NCBI GenBank assembly: GCA_002393065.1
Contig: DGGW01000066.1
Coordinates: 435-64,434, forward strand
Reading direction: 5' to 3'
Length of the DNA: 64,000 nt
Source of the DNA: Alphaproteobacteria bacterium UBA3864
Lineage (GTDB): Bacteria; Pseudomonadota; Alphaproteobacteria; CAAGCB01; CAG-977
In this document: positions 1 through 7,922 of the stretch, piece after piece
How the letters are laid out: every line of letters begins with the position of its first letter
How positions within the stretch are numbered: position 1 is the stretch's first letter
The notes under the pieces: model-generated
What the model was told of the DNA's origin: nothing
Databases searched by the model: none
What the model saw: only the letters and a program-made list of their open reading frames with translations
Program-made: the position numbers and the translations under genes

Positions 1-1
1 T

Positions 2-373
2 TCTGATGAGGAAATATTTTCGTTATCAAAATCAACCGGCGAATTCGGTTTTTCGATTTCGGTGCGGAAGAAATCGGATATTTCGGAAAGACAAGTCAGA
101 CAAATATTATCTTTATGTCGGTTTTTGACCGGATGCCTGTTCGTGTCAAAAATGCCGATGAAAACGGATATTTTGATTCGGGCGAATCAACCAAAAGAAA
201 ATATCGCGGAATATTGCGCTTATTTAAGTAAAAAACTGGCGGAACTGTTCGGCGTCGATCCTGCGTTCATCTGTGAAAGCGATTATCTGCCTTTCTTGGA
301 AGGATTCGGCACTCTGATCGGCGAAACGGACAAAGAAGTCTTTCGCAATCTTACTTTTAAGCGACCTGTTTAA
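2..373 (+). CDS. Hypothetical protein. The open frame runs to the window start, so this is possibly the C-terminal part of a longer gene, and its start is unresolved (alternatives are GTG at 62 or the internal MPMK).
   Basis: The open frame reaches the window edge. No recognisable motif. Low confidence. Confidence 0.3.
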   Translation, partial: SDEEIFSLSKSTGEFGFSISVRKKSDISERQVRQILSLCRFLTGCLFVSKMPMKTDILIRANQPKENIAEYCAYLSKKLAELFGVDPAFICESDYLPFLEGFGTLIGETDKEVFRNLTFKRPV

Positions 374-481
374 GAATGCGTCATCTTTTGACGCACACCT
401 GCTGTATATTAAACACGAATCGTGCGGATTTGGCTTCGCTTGTTGCGCACGTTAAACACCAACTAAAAGGAGGATTTTAAA

Positions 482-1477
482 ATGTGTGTTGATTTTAAGG
501 AATATCATCGCGAATACTACACTTACCTTTTCGACCATATCGATGAATTCATCGCGTTGAAGGACGCGATCGACGCGACCCCTGAAATTTATTCGCATGA
601 CGGCGGCGGAACAACGAGTATTTTAAAAGGAAAATTCGAACTTCGTTTCGGGGGGTTGATCACGCTTTACGCGAACGGTCAATGGTGTGATCGGAAAAAG
701 AACGTCTTTCTGTATAAGATGTTGCAATGCCCGATGGGAAGCAAGGACGTTAAAGTGTACGGCTGGAACAACGAGGAAAAAGAATTTGACATATATTCCC
801 GCGTTTTTCCCGACACCGACACGCTGTTCGAACAAGCGCGGCTTGTCGCTCAATACAAACCGCAGACGGGAAAGAAAATAATTCCCCTTGAAACGCGAAA
901 CAGGTTGGCGGAGTTGTTTCAACCTCTGAAAGAATACACGCGCCATGCGGTTAACGACTTTAAATGTGTGGGCTTTGCCCGTCCGATTAACGGTCAAATC
1001 ACCGAAAAGAACATTCAAACGGGTGTTAAAACGCTGTTGGAAAATTGTGCGAAAGGACAATTGGAAAGGGTGAAATACGTCCTGAACAACTTCCCGCAGA
1101 TTTTCGGCAGGGCGGAAAGCAAAGACCTGCTTTTATCCGCCGCGAACGATTTGAGTATTTTGCGCTTTCTTTGCGATTGCGGCAAAACGGACGTTTCCGA
1201 CGCACCCGTTATCCGGAACGCGTGCAAGAGCAAAAAGGACGTTAAAGAACGTCTCGATTTATTGTTTGAACTGGGGGCGGACATCAATGCGAAAAACGGT
1301 GACGGTGAACCGCCGATCGTCGTTGCGGCGGAGGCGTTCAACATCAAAGCGATCCGCTGGCTTTTAAAGCACGGGGCGGACAAGACGGCGACGAACGCGA
1401 ATGACGAAACGGCGCGGGACATCGTTCTGAAAAACAAAGACGTTTTTAATTGGCGGGGAATTTTGAAACTGCTTTAG
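482..1477 (+). CDS. Ankyrin-repeat protein: an N-terminal domain of about 190 aa with unknown function plus C-terminal ANK repeats.
   Basis: A strong SD (AAAGGAGG) lies 8 nt upstream of the ATG. The C-terminus carries ANK consensus (LLFELGADINAKNGDGEPPIVVAA..LLKHGADKTATNANDETARD). Confidence 0.7.
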   Translation: MCVDFKEYHREYYTYLFDHIDEFIALKDAIDATPEIYSHDGGGTTSILKGKFELRFGGLITLYANGQWCDRKKNVFLYKMLQCPMGSKDVKVYGWNNEEKEFDIYSRVFPDTDTLFEQARLVAQYKPQTGKKIIPLETRNRLAELFQPLKEYTRHAVNDFKCVGFARPINGQITEKNIQTGVKTLLENCAKGQLERVKYVLNNFPQIFGRAESKDLLLSAANDLSILRFLCDCGKTDVSDAPVIRNACKSKKDVKERLDLLFELGADINAKNGDGEPPIVVAAEAFNIKAIRWLLKHGADKTATNANDETARDIVLKNKDVFNWRGILKLL

Positions 1478-1546
1478 CAAACGTCAGCTCCTGACGCATC
1501 ACTGTTTTAGAATATCCTTATCAACAATCGAAAAAGGAGAAAGAAA

Positions 1547-2398
1547 ATGATTGATATGAACACCGTTACCGACGAACAGGCGGATTATATGAACACGCCG
1601 ATGGAAGCCGTTGAGGAAATCGGAACGCTTTTAAACGAATTGGCGGCGTTTTTCCCGAATGAATTGGAAGACTATCTGGAAACGGATTTCTGCGAACGGG
1701 TGGCACGTCGTATGGTGTGGGACATTCCGGCAGGCTTTGCGGCTCTGCCCGAAAAGTTCCACGCGGTTGCGTTCCATCACGCCGTTCTGACCGATGATTC
1801 CGATATCGTCGAAGCCTTCCTTAAAGCGGCGAAGAAAGCGAAAATGAACATCGGCACCGACTTTTGCGATCCCGAATACGGCACGCCGCCGCTGATGATG
1901 GCGTGCTTTAACAAAGCCAAAAACGCTTTTGTTTCTTTGGTCGAAAAGGGCGGGGCGTCCCTGTCCGTCAAAGACGCTAAAGGACGCGGCTTGGCGTACG
2001 CGTGCGTGTTTTCGCATAATCTGGCTTTTATGAAGTGGGCGAAAAAGCACGGCGTCGTCTTTGATTTAAGCGATCCCGTCGATGCCGTAATACCTCTGGC
2101 GGGGGCGGAAGGCTCGGTCGCCGTTTTGCGCTGGCTGATCGAAGATCTGCACGGCGACGTGAACGCGGTCGATGCGGACGGCCGCACGGCGATGTATTAC
2201 GCGTGTATGTTCGGGGCGAACGACAACATCCTGTACCTGATCGACAAAGGCGCGTATCCGACCGAATTATCCGCGGCCGCTTTCGTTCCGATCGTTGAGA
2301 GGATCAAGGCACTGCGCGAAAAGGAACCGTCCGGCGTCGTCGATCTGGAAATCAAAAGCGAGATCAAAAAGCTGACGGACTTCGCGAAAAAGATCTGA
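1547..2398 (+). CDS. Ankyrin-like repeat protein; member of a tandem paralog pair.
   Basis: SD AAAGGAGAAAG. Contains an FHHAVL module, GTPPLMMA...LVEKGG and DADGRTAMYYAC motifs. It is clearly paralogous to the next gene. Confidence 0.65.
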   Translation: MIDMNTVTDEQADYMNTPMEAVEEIGTLLNELAAFFPNELEDYLETDFCERVARRMVWDIPAGFAALPEKFHAVAFHHAVLTDDSDIVEAFLKAAKKAKMNIGTDFCDPEYGTPPLMMACFNKAKNAFVSLVEKGGASLSVKDAKGRGLAYACVFSHNLAFMKWAKKHGVVFDLSDPVDAVIPLAGAEGSVAVLRWLIEDLHGDVNAVDADGRTAMYYACMFGANDNILYLIDKGAYPTELSAAAFVPIVERIKALREKEPSGVVDLEIKSEIKKLTDFAKKI

Positions 2399-2409
2399 CG
2401 GCTGAAAGG

Positions 2410-3255
2410 ATGACCATGTTTGACATGACGGAAAGCTTCCTGCCCGAAGGGGTGAAAAGAGAGCGGGCGCGGGTGGATTCCGAGCTGGCGGATCTCTTTT
2501 CCGACGACACGGTGAAGGCGTATAAAAACAGCCTTTTCTTTGCGGAACTCTGCGTGCGCGACGTGCGGGCACTCGTAAGCGGTTTTTTCGCTTTGCCGCA
2601 GGAACTGCGCGCGATCGCTTTCCACCATGCCGTTCTGATCAATCGCGCCGATATCTGTAACGCCGTTTTGTGCGTCGTCGCGACGCTTAAAGCGGACGTG
2701 AACACGGACTTTTCAACGGATGTGTTCGGGATCCCCCCGCTGATGACGGCCTGCGCCCGTCATTGCAGGCGTTCTTTTCTGGCTTTGGTCGAAAAGGGCG
2801 GGGCGGATCTGTCCGTGTGCGACGAACAGGGATACACGTTGGCGCGCGCCTGCGTTGAATCGGACGACCTGTCGTTTATGCAGTTGGCTCAAAAGCGCGG
2901 CGTCGTTTTCGACGCGGCCGATCCGGTCGATGCGCTGGTGCCTCTGGCGGCTAAAAACGACGCGTGGGGTGCCGTGCATTGGCTGATCGAAGACCTGAAC
3001 GGCGACGTGAACATGACCGACGAAGAAGGGTGGACGGCTTTGGATTACGCCTGTCGGCACGAAAAGAGGGCGATTTTCCTCTACCTGCTCGACAAAGGCG
3101 GAAAAATGACCGACAAAAGGGAGATTTTGTTCGGGCTGATCATCGAACAGATCAGGGAACTGCAGAAACGATTGCCGTCGGCGGAGGCGGACGATAAAAT
3201 CGGCAGACACATCGGCACGATGCGTTTTCTGATGACCGTCAGCGGCGGCGATTGA
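2410..3255 (+). CDS. Ankyrin-like repeat protein, paralog of 1547-2398. The true start is probably the ATG at 2416.
   Basis: Collinear similarity to the upstream gene (FHHAVL, GIPPLMTA..LVEKGGADLSV, WLIEDLNGDVN, DEEGWTALDYAC). The SD AAGGA fits the ATG at 2416 better than the one at 2410. Confidence 0.65.
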   Translation: MTMFDMTESFLPEGVKRERARVDSELADLFSDDTVKAYKNSLFFAELCVRDVRALVSGFFALPQELRAIAFHHAVLINRADICNAVLCVVATLKADVNTDFSTDVFGIPPLMTACARHCRRSFLALVEKGGADLSVCDEQGYTLARACVESDDLSFMQLAQKRGVVFDAADPVDALVPLAAKNDAWGAVHWLIEDLNGDVNMTDEEGWTALDYACRHEKRAIFLYLLDKGGKMTDKREILFGLIIEQIRELQKRLPSAEADDKIGRHIGTMRFLMTVSGGD

Positions 3256-3266
3256 ATTAGGGGGTA

Positions 3267-4265
3267 ATGATGCAAAACAAGGAAGATAAAGCGGAGCAGG
3301 GGACTTACGTCCGCTTCGCCAGAGTGTTGGATCTGGCCGTCAGAATGTTCGGACGGGGGCTGACGAAGGACGAGATCTGCCAAATCATGAAATGCTCGAA
3401 ACGGACGGCGGATCGCCTGATCGGCTGTTTTCAGGAAGTGTATTCCAACGGTTTGGAAGAATCTTCGAAAAACGGCAGGAAAACATGGAAAATCCTCGGC
3501 GGCGAAGATCTGCCCAAATCTTTGGAGATAGACGACGAAGATATTCTCCTGCTGAACAACCTTGCCGATTTGATGGCGCAACAGAACAGGGAAGCGGACG
3601 GCGACCGTCTGACAAAGATCCGCGCGAAACTCGTTCGGGCACTCGGAAACAAAGAGCGGGATCTGAACAATCTGGAATTTTCCGAAAGGAACGTCTTCCG
3701 GCCGGGAATCAAGGCTCAAATCGATCCCGAAATCGTCAGAACGATTCGTCGGGCGATCAGGGAAAAGAAAGTCCTCAATATCGAATATTACAATAAAAAG
3801 AGCGGGAAAATCAGCGAAGGCGCGCTCGAACCTTACGGCATTTTGTACAGCGATCGGGCGCAATATCTGCTGGCGCGCCACTGGGACGGTTATTTCGGCG
3901 ACGCGATCCATCAGTTCTTGCTGTCGAACATTCGTTCCGCCATCATGACGGACGAGGCGTTTGAAGGCGTCGATTTCGATATGAACGAATATACGAAAGA
4001 CTCTTTCGGCGTGTATCGCGAAGAACCGTACGACGTCGAATGGAAATTCAGCGCGAAGGCCGCGCCCGAAGCCAAAAAGTTCATCTTCCACCCCGGACAG
4101 GAAATCTTTGAGAACGAAGACGGCACGCTGACCGTGAAATTCCGAGCGGGCGGCACGCTGGAAATGGCATGGCATCTGGCGACGTGGGGAAAGCAGGTGG
4201 AAGTCGTACAACCCGCGGACTTTTGGCGGCGCGTCGCGAAAGCCGAACGGCAGCGGTGGCAGTAA
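3267..4265 (+). CDS. WYL-domain transcriptional regulator with wHTH-WYL-WCX architecture, BrxR/CapW/PafBC-like.
   Basis: SD AGGGGG. N-terminal HTH (LTKDEICQIMKCSKRTADRLI). WYL domain (VLNIEYYNKKSGKISEGALEPYGILYSDRAQYLLARHWDGY...FLLSNI). C-terminal WCX-like beta domain (GTLTVKFRAGGTLEMAWHLATWGKQVEVVQP). Confidence 0.85.
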   Translation: MMQNKEDKAEQGTYVRFARVLDLAVRMFGRGLTKDEICQIMKCSKRTADRLIGCFQEVYSNGLEESSKNGRKTWKILGGEDLPKSLEIDDEDILLLNNLADLMAQQNREADGDRLTKIRAKLVRALGNKERDLNNLEFSERNVFRPGIKAQIDPEIVRTIRRAIREKKVLNIEYYNKKSGKISEGALEPYGILYSDRAQYLLARHWDGYFGDAIHQFLLSNIRSAIMTDEAFEGVDFDMNEYTKDSFGVYREEPYDVEWKFSAKAAPEAKKFIFHPGQEIFENEDGTLTVKFRAGGTLEMAWHLATWGKQVEVVQPADFWRRVAKAERQRWQ

Positions 4266-4568
4266 ACTTTCGTTTGTATTTGACGGGTTAATCTGCCATA
4301 CTGTTTCCGTCAGCTTTTCTGACAGGGACTTCACAATCCCTTGCACAAACCGGTGCGGTTCAGAGATTCCGCATCGTCAACAAAACAAAATCTCCCGATC
4401 CATACGACCGGGAGATGGTGTTATGTTCAAGCATTTTGCCAAAAGCATCATGCCGTGTTTGTGCGGTTTGTGAACTCCCGGTCGCCAAGGGGAAAATCCT
4501 CCGGCGGCCGATTGTTTTAAGATTAACACTGTCGGGCGTCAAAACCTGACGATTTAAGGAATGAAAAA

Positions 4569-5573
4569 ATGAAAGCGGATTTATCGAAAGCTGTTCGGAT
4601 TATTAATAATCTGGATATCGATACTGATTCTGATCTTAACATCGTTGTTCAAGTCGCCAAATCTTTTGAAAAAAAAGAAGAAGAAAACAGAACAAAGAAA
4701 AAAGAATTTCTTCAAGCGATTGATGCGATTAACGGCTTGAAAGTCGATAACTCATACAGTTTTGATAAAGAATTCCGAGAAAATCACCCGATTTTAGGAG
4801 ATCTGGAAAACAATATATTTTTTGAAAGCCCTCTTTTTGAAGCCGTGCAAGTCGGAATGAAAGAACCGCAATATACGACGGCGTTAGGGTGGTTTTTACA
4901 AGAAGATCAGCAAGCCTGCCGGTTGTTTATAGAAACGCTCGCCGAAGTAGCAAATTTTCCGGAAGAATTTAAAAAGATATTACCGACTGAACACACTCCG
5001 ATTGAAAGCATATGGGAATATTCGGGTAAAAAAAATTCACAAAATGAAGAAGACGATGAAACGGATTCTGAAGGTAAAGAAGAAAAAAAAGCCGAGGAAG
5101 CCACATCCGAAACTTCTGATATCAGTGCCGGCAATGATGTGAAAAATCGCAAGGAAATAGACAATCTTTTGATTTGGGGAAGTGACAAGAAAAAACACGG
5201 TATCGTTATTGAAATCAAATTCGGTGCAGATTTGCACAATGAACTTCCATGTTATCAGCTAACAGCTTTAAAGAAGATGGGATATAATCCCTGCCAGAAA
5301 AATGAAAAACGTTGTGTTTTCCCAACAAACAGGGATTTGAAATGTGAAGATTGTCAGAAAAACAATTCTCTGATGTGCGTTGTTTTATCAACCAATCGCA
5401 TATCGGCTCAGAAAATCGAAGAGAACGACGGATGTCGAAAAATATGGCATAGGGTTTTGTGGTGTCATTTTATGCCGAAACTCAGTAAAAAAATGACACA
5501 ACATCAAGGGAATGGGGATTACAGGAGATTCCTGTCCTCGTTATGGCGTAAAGTGTTCGAAACTGAAGGGTAA
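4569..5573 (+). CDS. Hypothetical protein encoded in a strongly AT-rich segment. It carries a putative PD-(D/E)xK nuclease motif and a C-terminal Cys cluster.
   Basis: Codon usage and GC are clearly lower than in the flanks. D...EIK motif (LLIWGSDKKKHGIVIEIKFG). CxxC-type cluster (CQKNEKRC...CEDCQ). It lies directly downstream of the WYL regulator on the same strand. Confidence 0.55.
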   Translation: MKADLSKAVRIINNLDIDTDSDLNIVVQVAKSFEKKEEENRTKKKEFLQAIDAINGLKVDNSYSFDKEFRENHPILGDLENNIFFESPLFEAVQVGMKEPQYTTALGWFLQEDQQACRLFIETLAEVANFPEEFKKILPTEHTPIESIWEYSGKKNSQNEEDDETDSEGKEEKKAEEATSETSDISAGNDVKNRKEIDNLLIWGSDKKKHGIVIEIKFGADLHNELPCYQLTALKKMGYNPCQKNEKRCVFPTNRDLKCEDCQKNNSLMCVVLSTNRISAQKIEENDGCRKIWHRVLWCHFMPKLSKKMTQHQGNGDYRRFLSSLWRKVFETEG

Positions 5574-5577
5574 GAAA

Positions 5578-6237
5578 ATGGAAAACACGAAAAATTCTGA
5601 AATTTTCTCTAATGAAGAATTAGGAAAAGCGATCGAAACATACAATCTCTATATTGCAAACAGAGAAACTTTTAAAAAAGTTTACAATGAAGATTGTGAA
5701 TATGATGAAAACAAGTCTTTTATAGAAAATGCAAAAGACGAGATTAACTGTTATACGGCAAAAGGTAAAATAGAAACAACCGTGCCGGATGCAATCATGC
5801 TGGCCGCATATGTTTTTGAAAAAGCGGTTTGTCCTGTTTTGAAAGATAGGGAAATCGAAATTTCAAAGATACATTGGATACCAACGTATGGAGAAGATCC
5901 ATTTCCAGAATTTGATATAAAAATTGAGAATGAAAATTCACAAAAGCCTGTTTTGCTTGTCTTGGATTGCGAAGCTTTTCGCATTGGAGGAGCCTTTGTT
6001 GCAAAAGAAACAAAGAATAATATAACACTTGAAAAAATTTTTAAGGGTAAAAAAGAAGAATTTATAGATAAATCTGATGAAAAGGATTTATCAGAAAATA
6101 TTGTATTTTCAAAAAATAAATTTGAGTTTTCTTCAAATACTCCGCTTTCTTTGGATTGTTTGAACGAAAAAATCATTCCTCAAATCACAAAGGATTGTAA
6201 GAATTTAATAGAGGAGGCGTTCCTTCAGAATAACTAA
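5578..6237 (+). CDS. Hypothetical protein, AT-rich, operonic with 4569-5573 (4-bp gap).
   Basis: SD GAAGGG 6 nt upstream of the ATG at 5578. The ORF-track start at 5512 lies inside the upstream gene. No recognisable domain. Confidence 0.5.
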   Translation: MENTKNSEIFSNEELGKAIETYNLYIANRETFKKVYNEDCEYDENKSFIENAKDEINCYTAKGKIETTVPDAIMLAAYVFEKAVCPVLKDREIEISKIHWIPTYGEDPFPEFDIKIENENSQKPVLLVLDCEAFRIGGAFVAKETKNNITLEKIFKGKKEEFIDKSDEKDLSENIVFSKNKFEFSSNTPLSLDCLNEKIIPQITKDCKNLIEEAFLQNN

Positions 6238-6315
6238 ATCTTTTTCCGGCGGCGGGACGGACTTGCCGCCGGAATGATTTTTACGGTGTTCGAATCAAGC
6301 GTCAGGTTTTGTCGC
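6238..6315 (+). repeat. Copy A of a 78-bp near-identical direct repeat. It contains a GC hairpin (ccggcggc-N11-gccgccgg, 6246-6272) followed by a T-rich tract, so it looks like a terminator plus a conserved downstream leader.
   Basis: About 95% identical to 6833-6910. Both copies sit immediately 3' of a stop codon and 5' of a gene with a similar RBS context (TATGAAAGG...AAATG). Confidence 0.8.
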
Positions 6316-6367
6316 AGATACATGATATAAGGAAGATATCATTCAATCATTATGAAAGGGAACCGAA

Positions 6368-6826
6368 ATGAAAAATACGTTGTTGGACATTATTCAATCT
6401 TTTGAACATCCGATGGATTTGGATGATCAGGAAGTGCGCGAAGTGTTGGATTCGATTGATGATTTAACGCATCGTCAGATAAAAAACGCCGTTGAAGCGT
6501 TGTTGGATAAATACAAAAGTATTCAAAGAGGATATGAAATCAGAGGTGGAATACTTTCCAAAAAGATTGAAAAACTTATCCAAGAACTGGGAAAGAAAGG
6601 TGAAAAACTTTCTCCCGATTCAATAGAGGCAATGAAGGAATTTTTGGAAGAAGAAGGATACGTCGTCTACAAAAACGCTTCAGCGATTGCGATTGATATG
6701 GTCGAATTGCCTCTGAAATTGAGAAATGAGTTTCAGGCGGAAAAGAATCGTATGGGAACAATAACATACGAAAAGAAAAAAGGAATGGTTCTTGATGCCT
6801 TGAAAGAGTGGGCGGGCGAAGAATAA
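6368..6826 (+). CDS. Hypothetical small acidic protein (152 aa), AT-rich, bracketed by the 78-bp repeats.
   Basis: ATG with an upstream GAAAGGGAA. Clean ORF with no recognisable domain. Low GC like the two preceding genes. Confidence 0.5.
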   Translation: MKNTLLDIIQSFEHPMDLDDQEVREVLDSIDDLTHRQIKNAVEALLDKYKSIQRGYEIRGGILSKKIEKLIQELGKKGEKLSPDSIEAMKEFLEEEGYVVYKNASAIAIDMVELPLKLRNEFQAEKNRMGTITYEKKKGMVLDALKEWAGEE

Positions 6827-6832
6827 TTCCTA

Positions 6833-6910
6833 ATCTTTTTCCGGCGGCGGGGCGGACTTGCCGCTGGAATGATTTTTACGGTGTTCGAATCAAGCGTCAG
6901 GTTTTGTCGC
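6833..6910 (+). repeat. Copy B of the 78-bp direct repeat. The hairpin is at 6841-6867 with a G-U wobble-preserving substitution.
   Basis: Same sequence as copy A with three substitutions. The c>t change keeps RNA stem pairing as G·U. Confidence 0.8.
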
Positions 6911-6963
6911 GGGCGGGTGATACAAGGGAAAATATCGTTCGACCGTTATGAAAGGAATATGAA

Positions 6964-7667
6964 ATGACCAAAAAAGCGAAAGTGAAAAACTGGAGAGAGT
7001 TTTTTGAATCCGATCCGAAGGAACTTCCGTTCGCCGACATGAACGTTCGCGACGAAATAGGGCGACGATGCTGATCGGCGCAGCCCGTTCTTCCGCCGAT
7101 GTCGTGCGGCGCATCATCGATGCCGGCGCGGACGTCAACGCGGGGGCGGAGGGCAATTCGATAACCCCGCTGATTTGCGCCGCTGTCAACAGCGCTTATC
7201 CCGCCGTGATCAAAATGTTGGTCAAAGCCGGCGCGGATATCGAGGCAAAAATCAATCCTGAAGGCGAAGACCGCGGAACGCCTTTGCAGGCGGCGTTGGA
7301 AGCGAAAAATTTCAAAATCGCGCAGGCGTTGATCAAAGCGGGCGCAAACGTCAACGCAAAAGACGGTAAAGGAAGAACTCCTTTGATGATAACCGCTTGC
7401 CACGACGGAAACTGCGACATAATAGAGGCTTTGTTAAACGCGGGAGCGAAAATCAACGAAAAAGACAATGAGGGAAGAACGGCATTGATGCGTGCGGCCA
7501 AGTGGGAGACCCCCGATATCGTCAAACTGCTTCTTAAAGCCGGTGCGAACGTCAACGCTGTCGACAAAAAAGGCAAAACGGCTTTGGATTACGCGCGGGA
7601 AAAGGGACGCGACGAAATCGTTTTGCTGTTGGAAAAAGTTGTGGCAGGCGAAACAGCGGAGGAATGA
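6964..7667 (+). pseudogene. Ankyrin-repeat protein gene interrupted by a -1 frameshift near 7060-7068 (the pieces are 6964-7074 and 7068-7667).
   Basis: The frame-1 ORF ends ...DMNVRDEIGRRC*. The frame-3 ORF continues ATMLIGAARSS... and then 6 clean ANK repeats. Joining at g7062 restores the ANK consensus DEIGATMLIGAA. The break lies in a GGG run, so a sequencing error is possible. Confidence 0.5.
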
Positions 7668-7752
7668 CAAGGACCGATGACGGATTGATCGCCGCCGGAT
7701 AGAGATTTAAAAGGGATTTGGAAATCATTGATTTGTTAATCGTCAAAACAAT

Positions 7753-7786
7753 AAAAAAGCTTTCGACCGATCGGTCAAAAGCCTTG
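7753..7786 (-). terminator. Rho-independent terminator downstream of tRNA-Gly: a palindromic stem around gaccgatcggtc followed by a U-run on the minus strand.
   Basis: Minus-strand reading: gcttttgaccgatcggtcgaaagcTTTTTT. Confidence 0.6.
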
Positions 7787-7790
7787 AAAT

Positions 7791-7865
7791 TGGAGCGGGC
7801 GATGGGAATCGAACCCACGACATCAACCTTGGCAAGGTTGCGCTCTACCCCTGAGCTACACCCGC
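7791..7865 (-). tRNA. tRNA-Gly (anticodon GCC).
   Basis: The reverse complement reads gcgggtgtagctcaggggtagagcgcaaccttGCCaaggttgatgtcgtgggttcgattcccatcgcccgctcca. It is a cloverleaf with a GTTCGATTC T-loop and ends in CCA. Confidence 0.9.
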
Positions 7866-7922
7866 ACTCCCTTTGAACAGTTGCGATTATATATAAATAA
7901 AAACGATATGCAAGAACTTTTT

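Noticed and set aside
3081-4346. 421-aa minus-strand ORF
   Set aside because: It is antisense to the WYL regulator gene, whose HTH/WYL/WCX motifs are unambiguous.
6238-6910. Integron attC / gene-cassette array interpretation of the 78-bp repeats
   Set aside because: Only two copies were seen. No intI, attI or Pc is nearby, and the repeats lack the imperfect-palindrome R''/L''-L'/R' organisation of attC sites. They were kept as a plain duplicated terminator/leader element.
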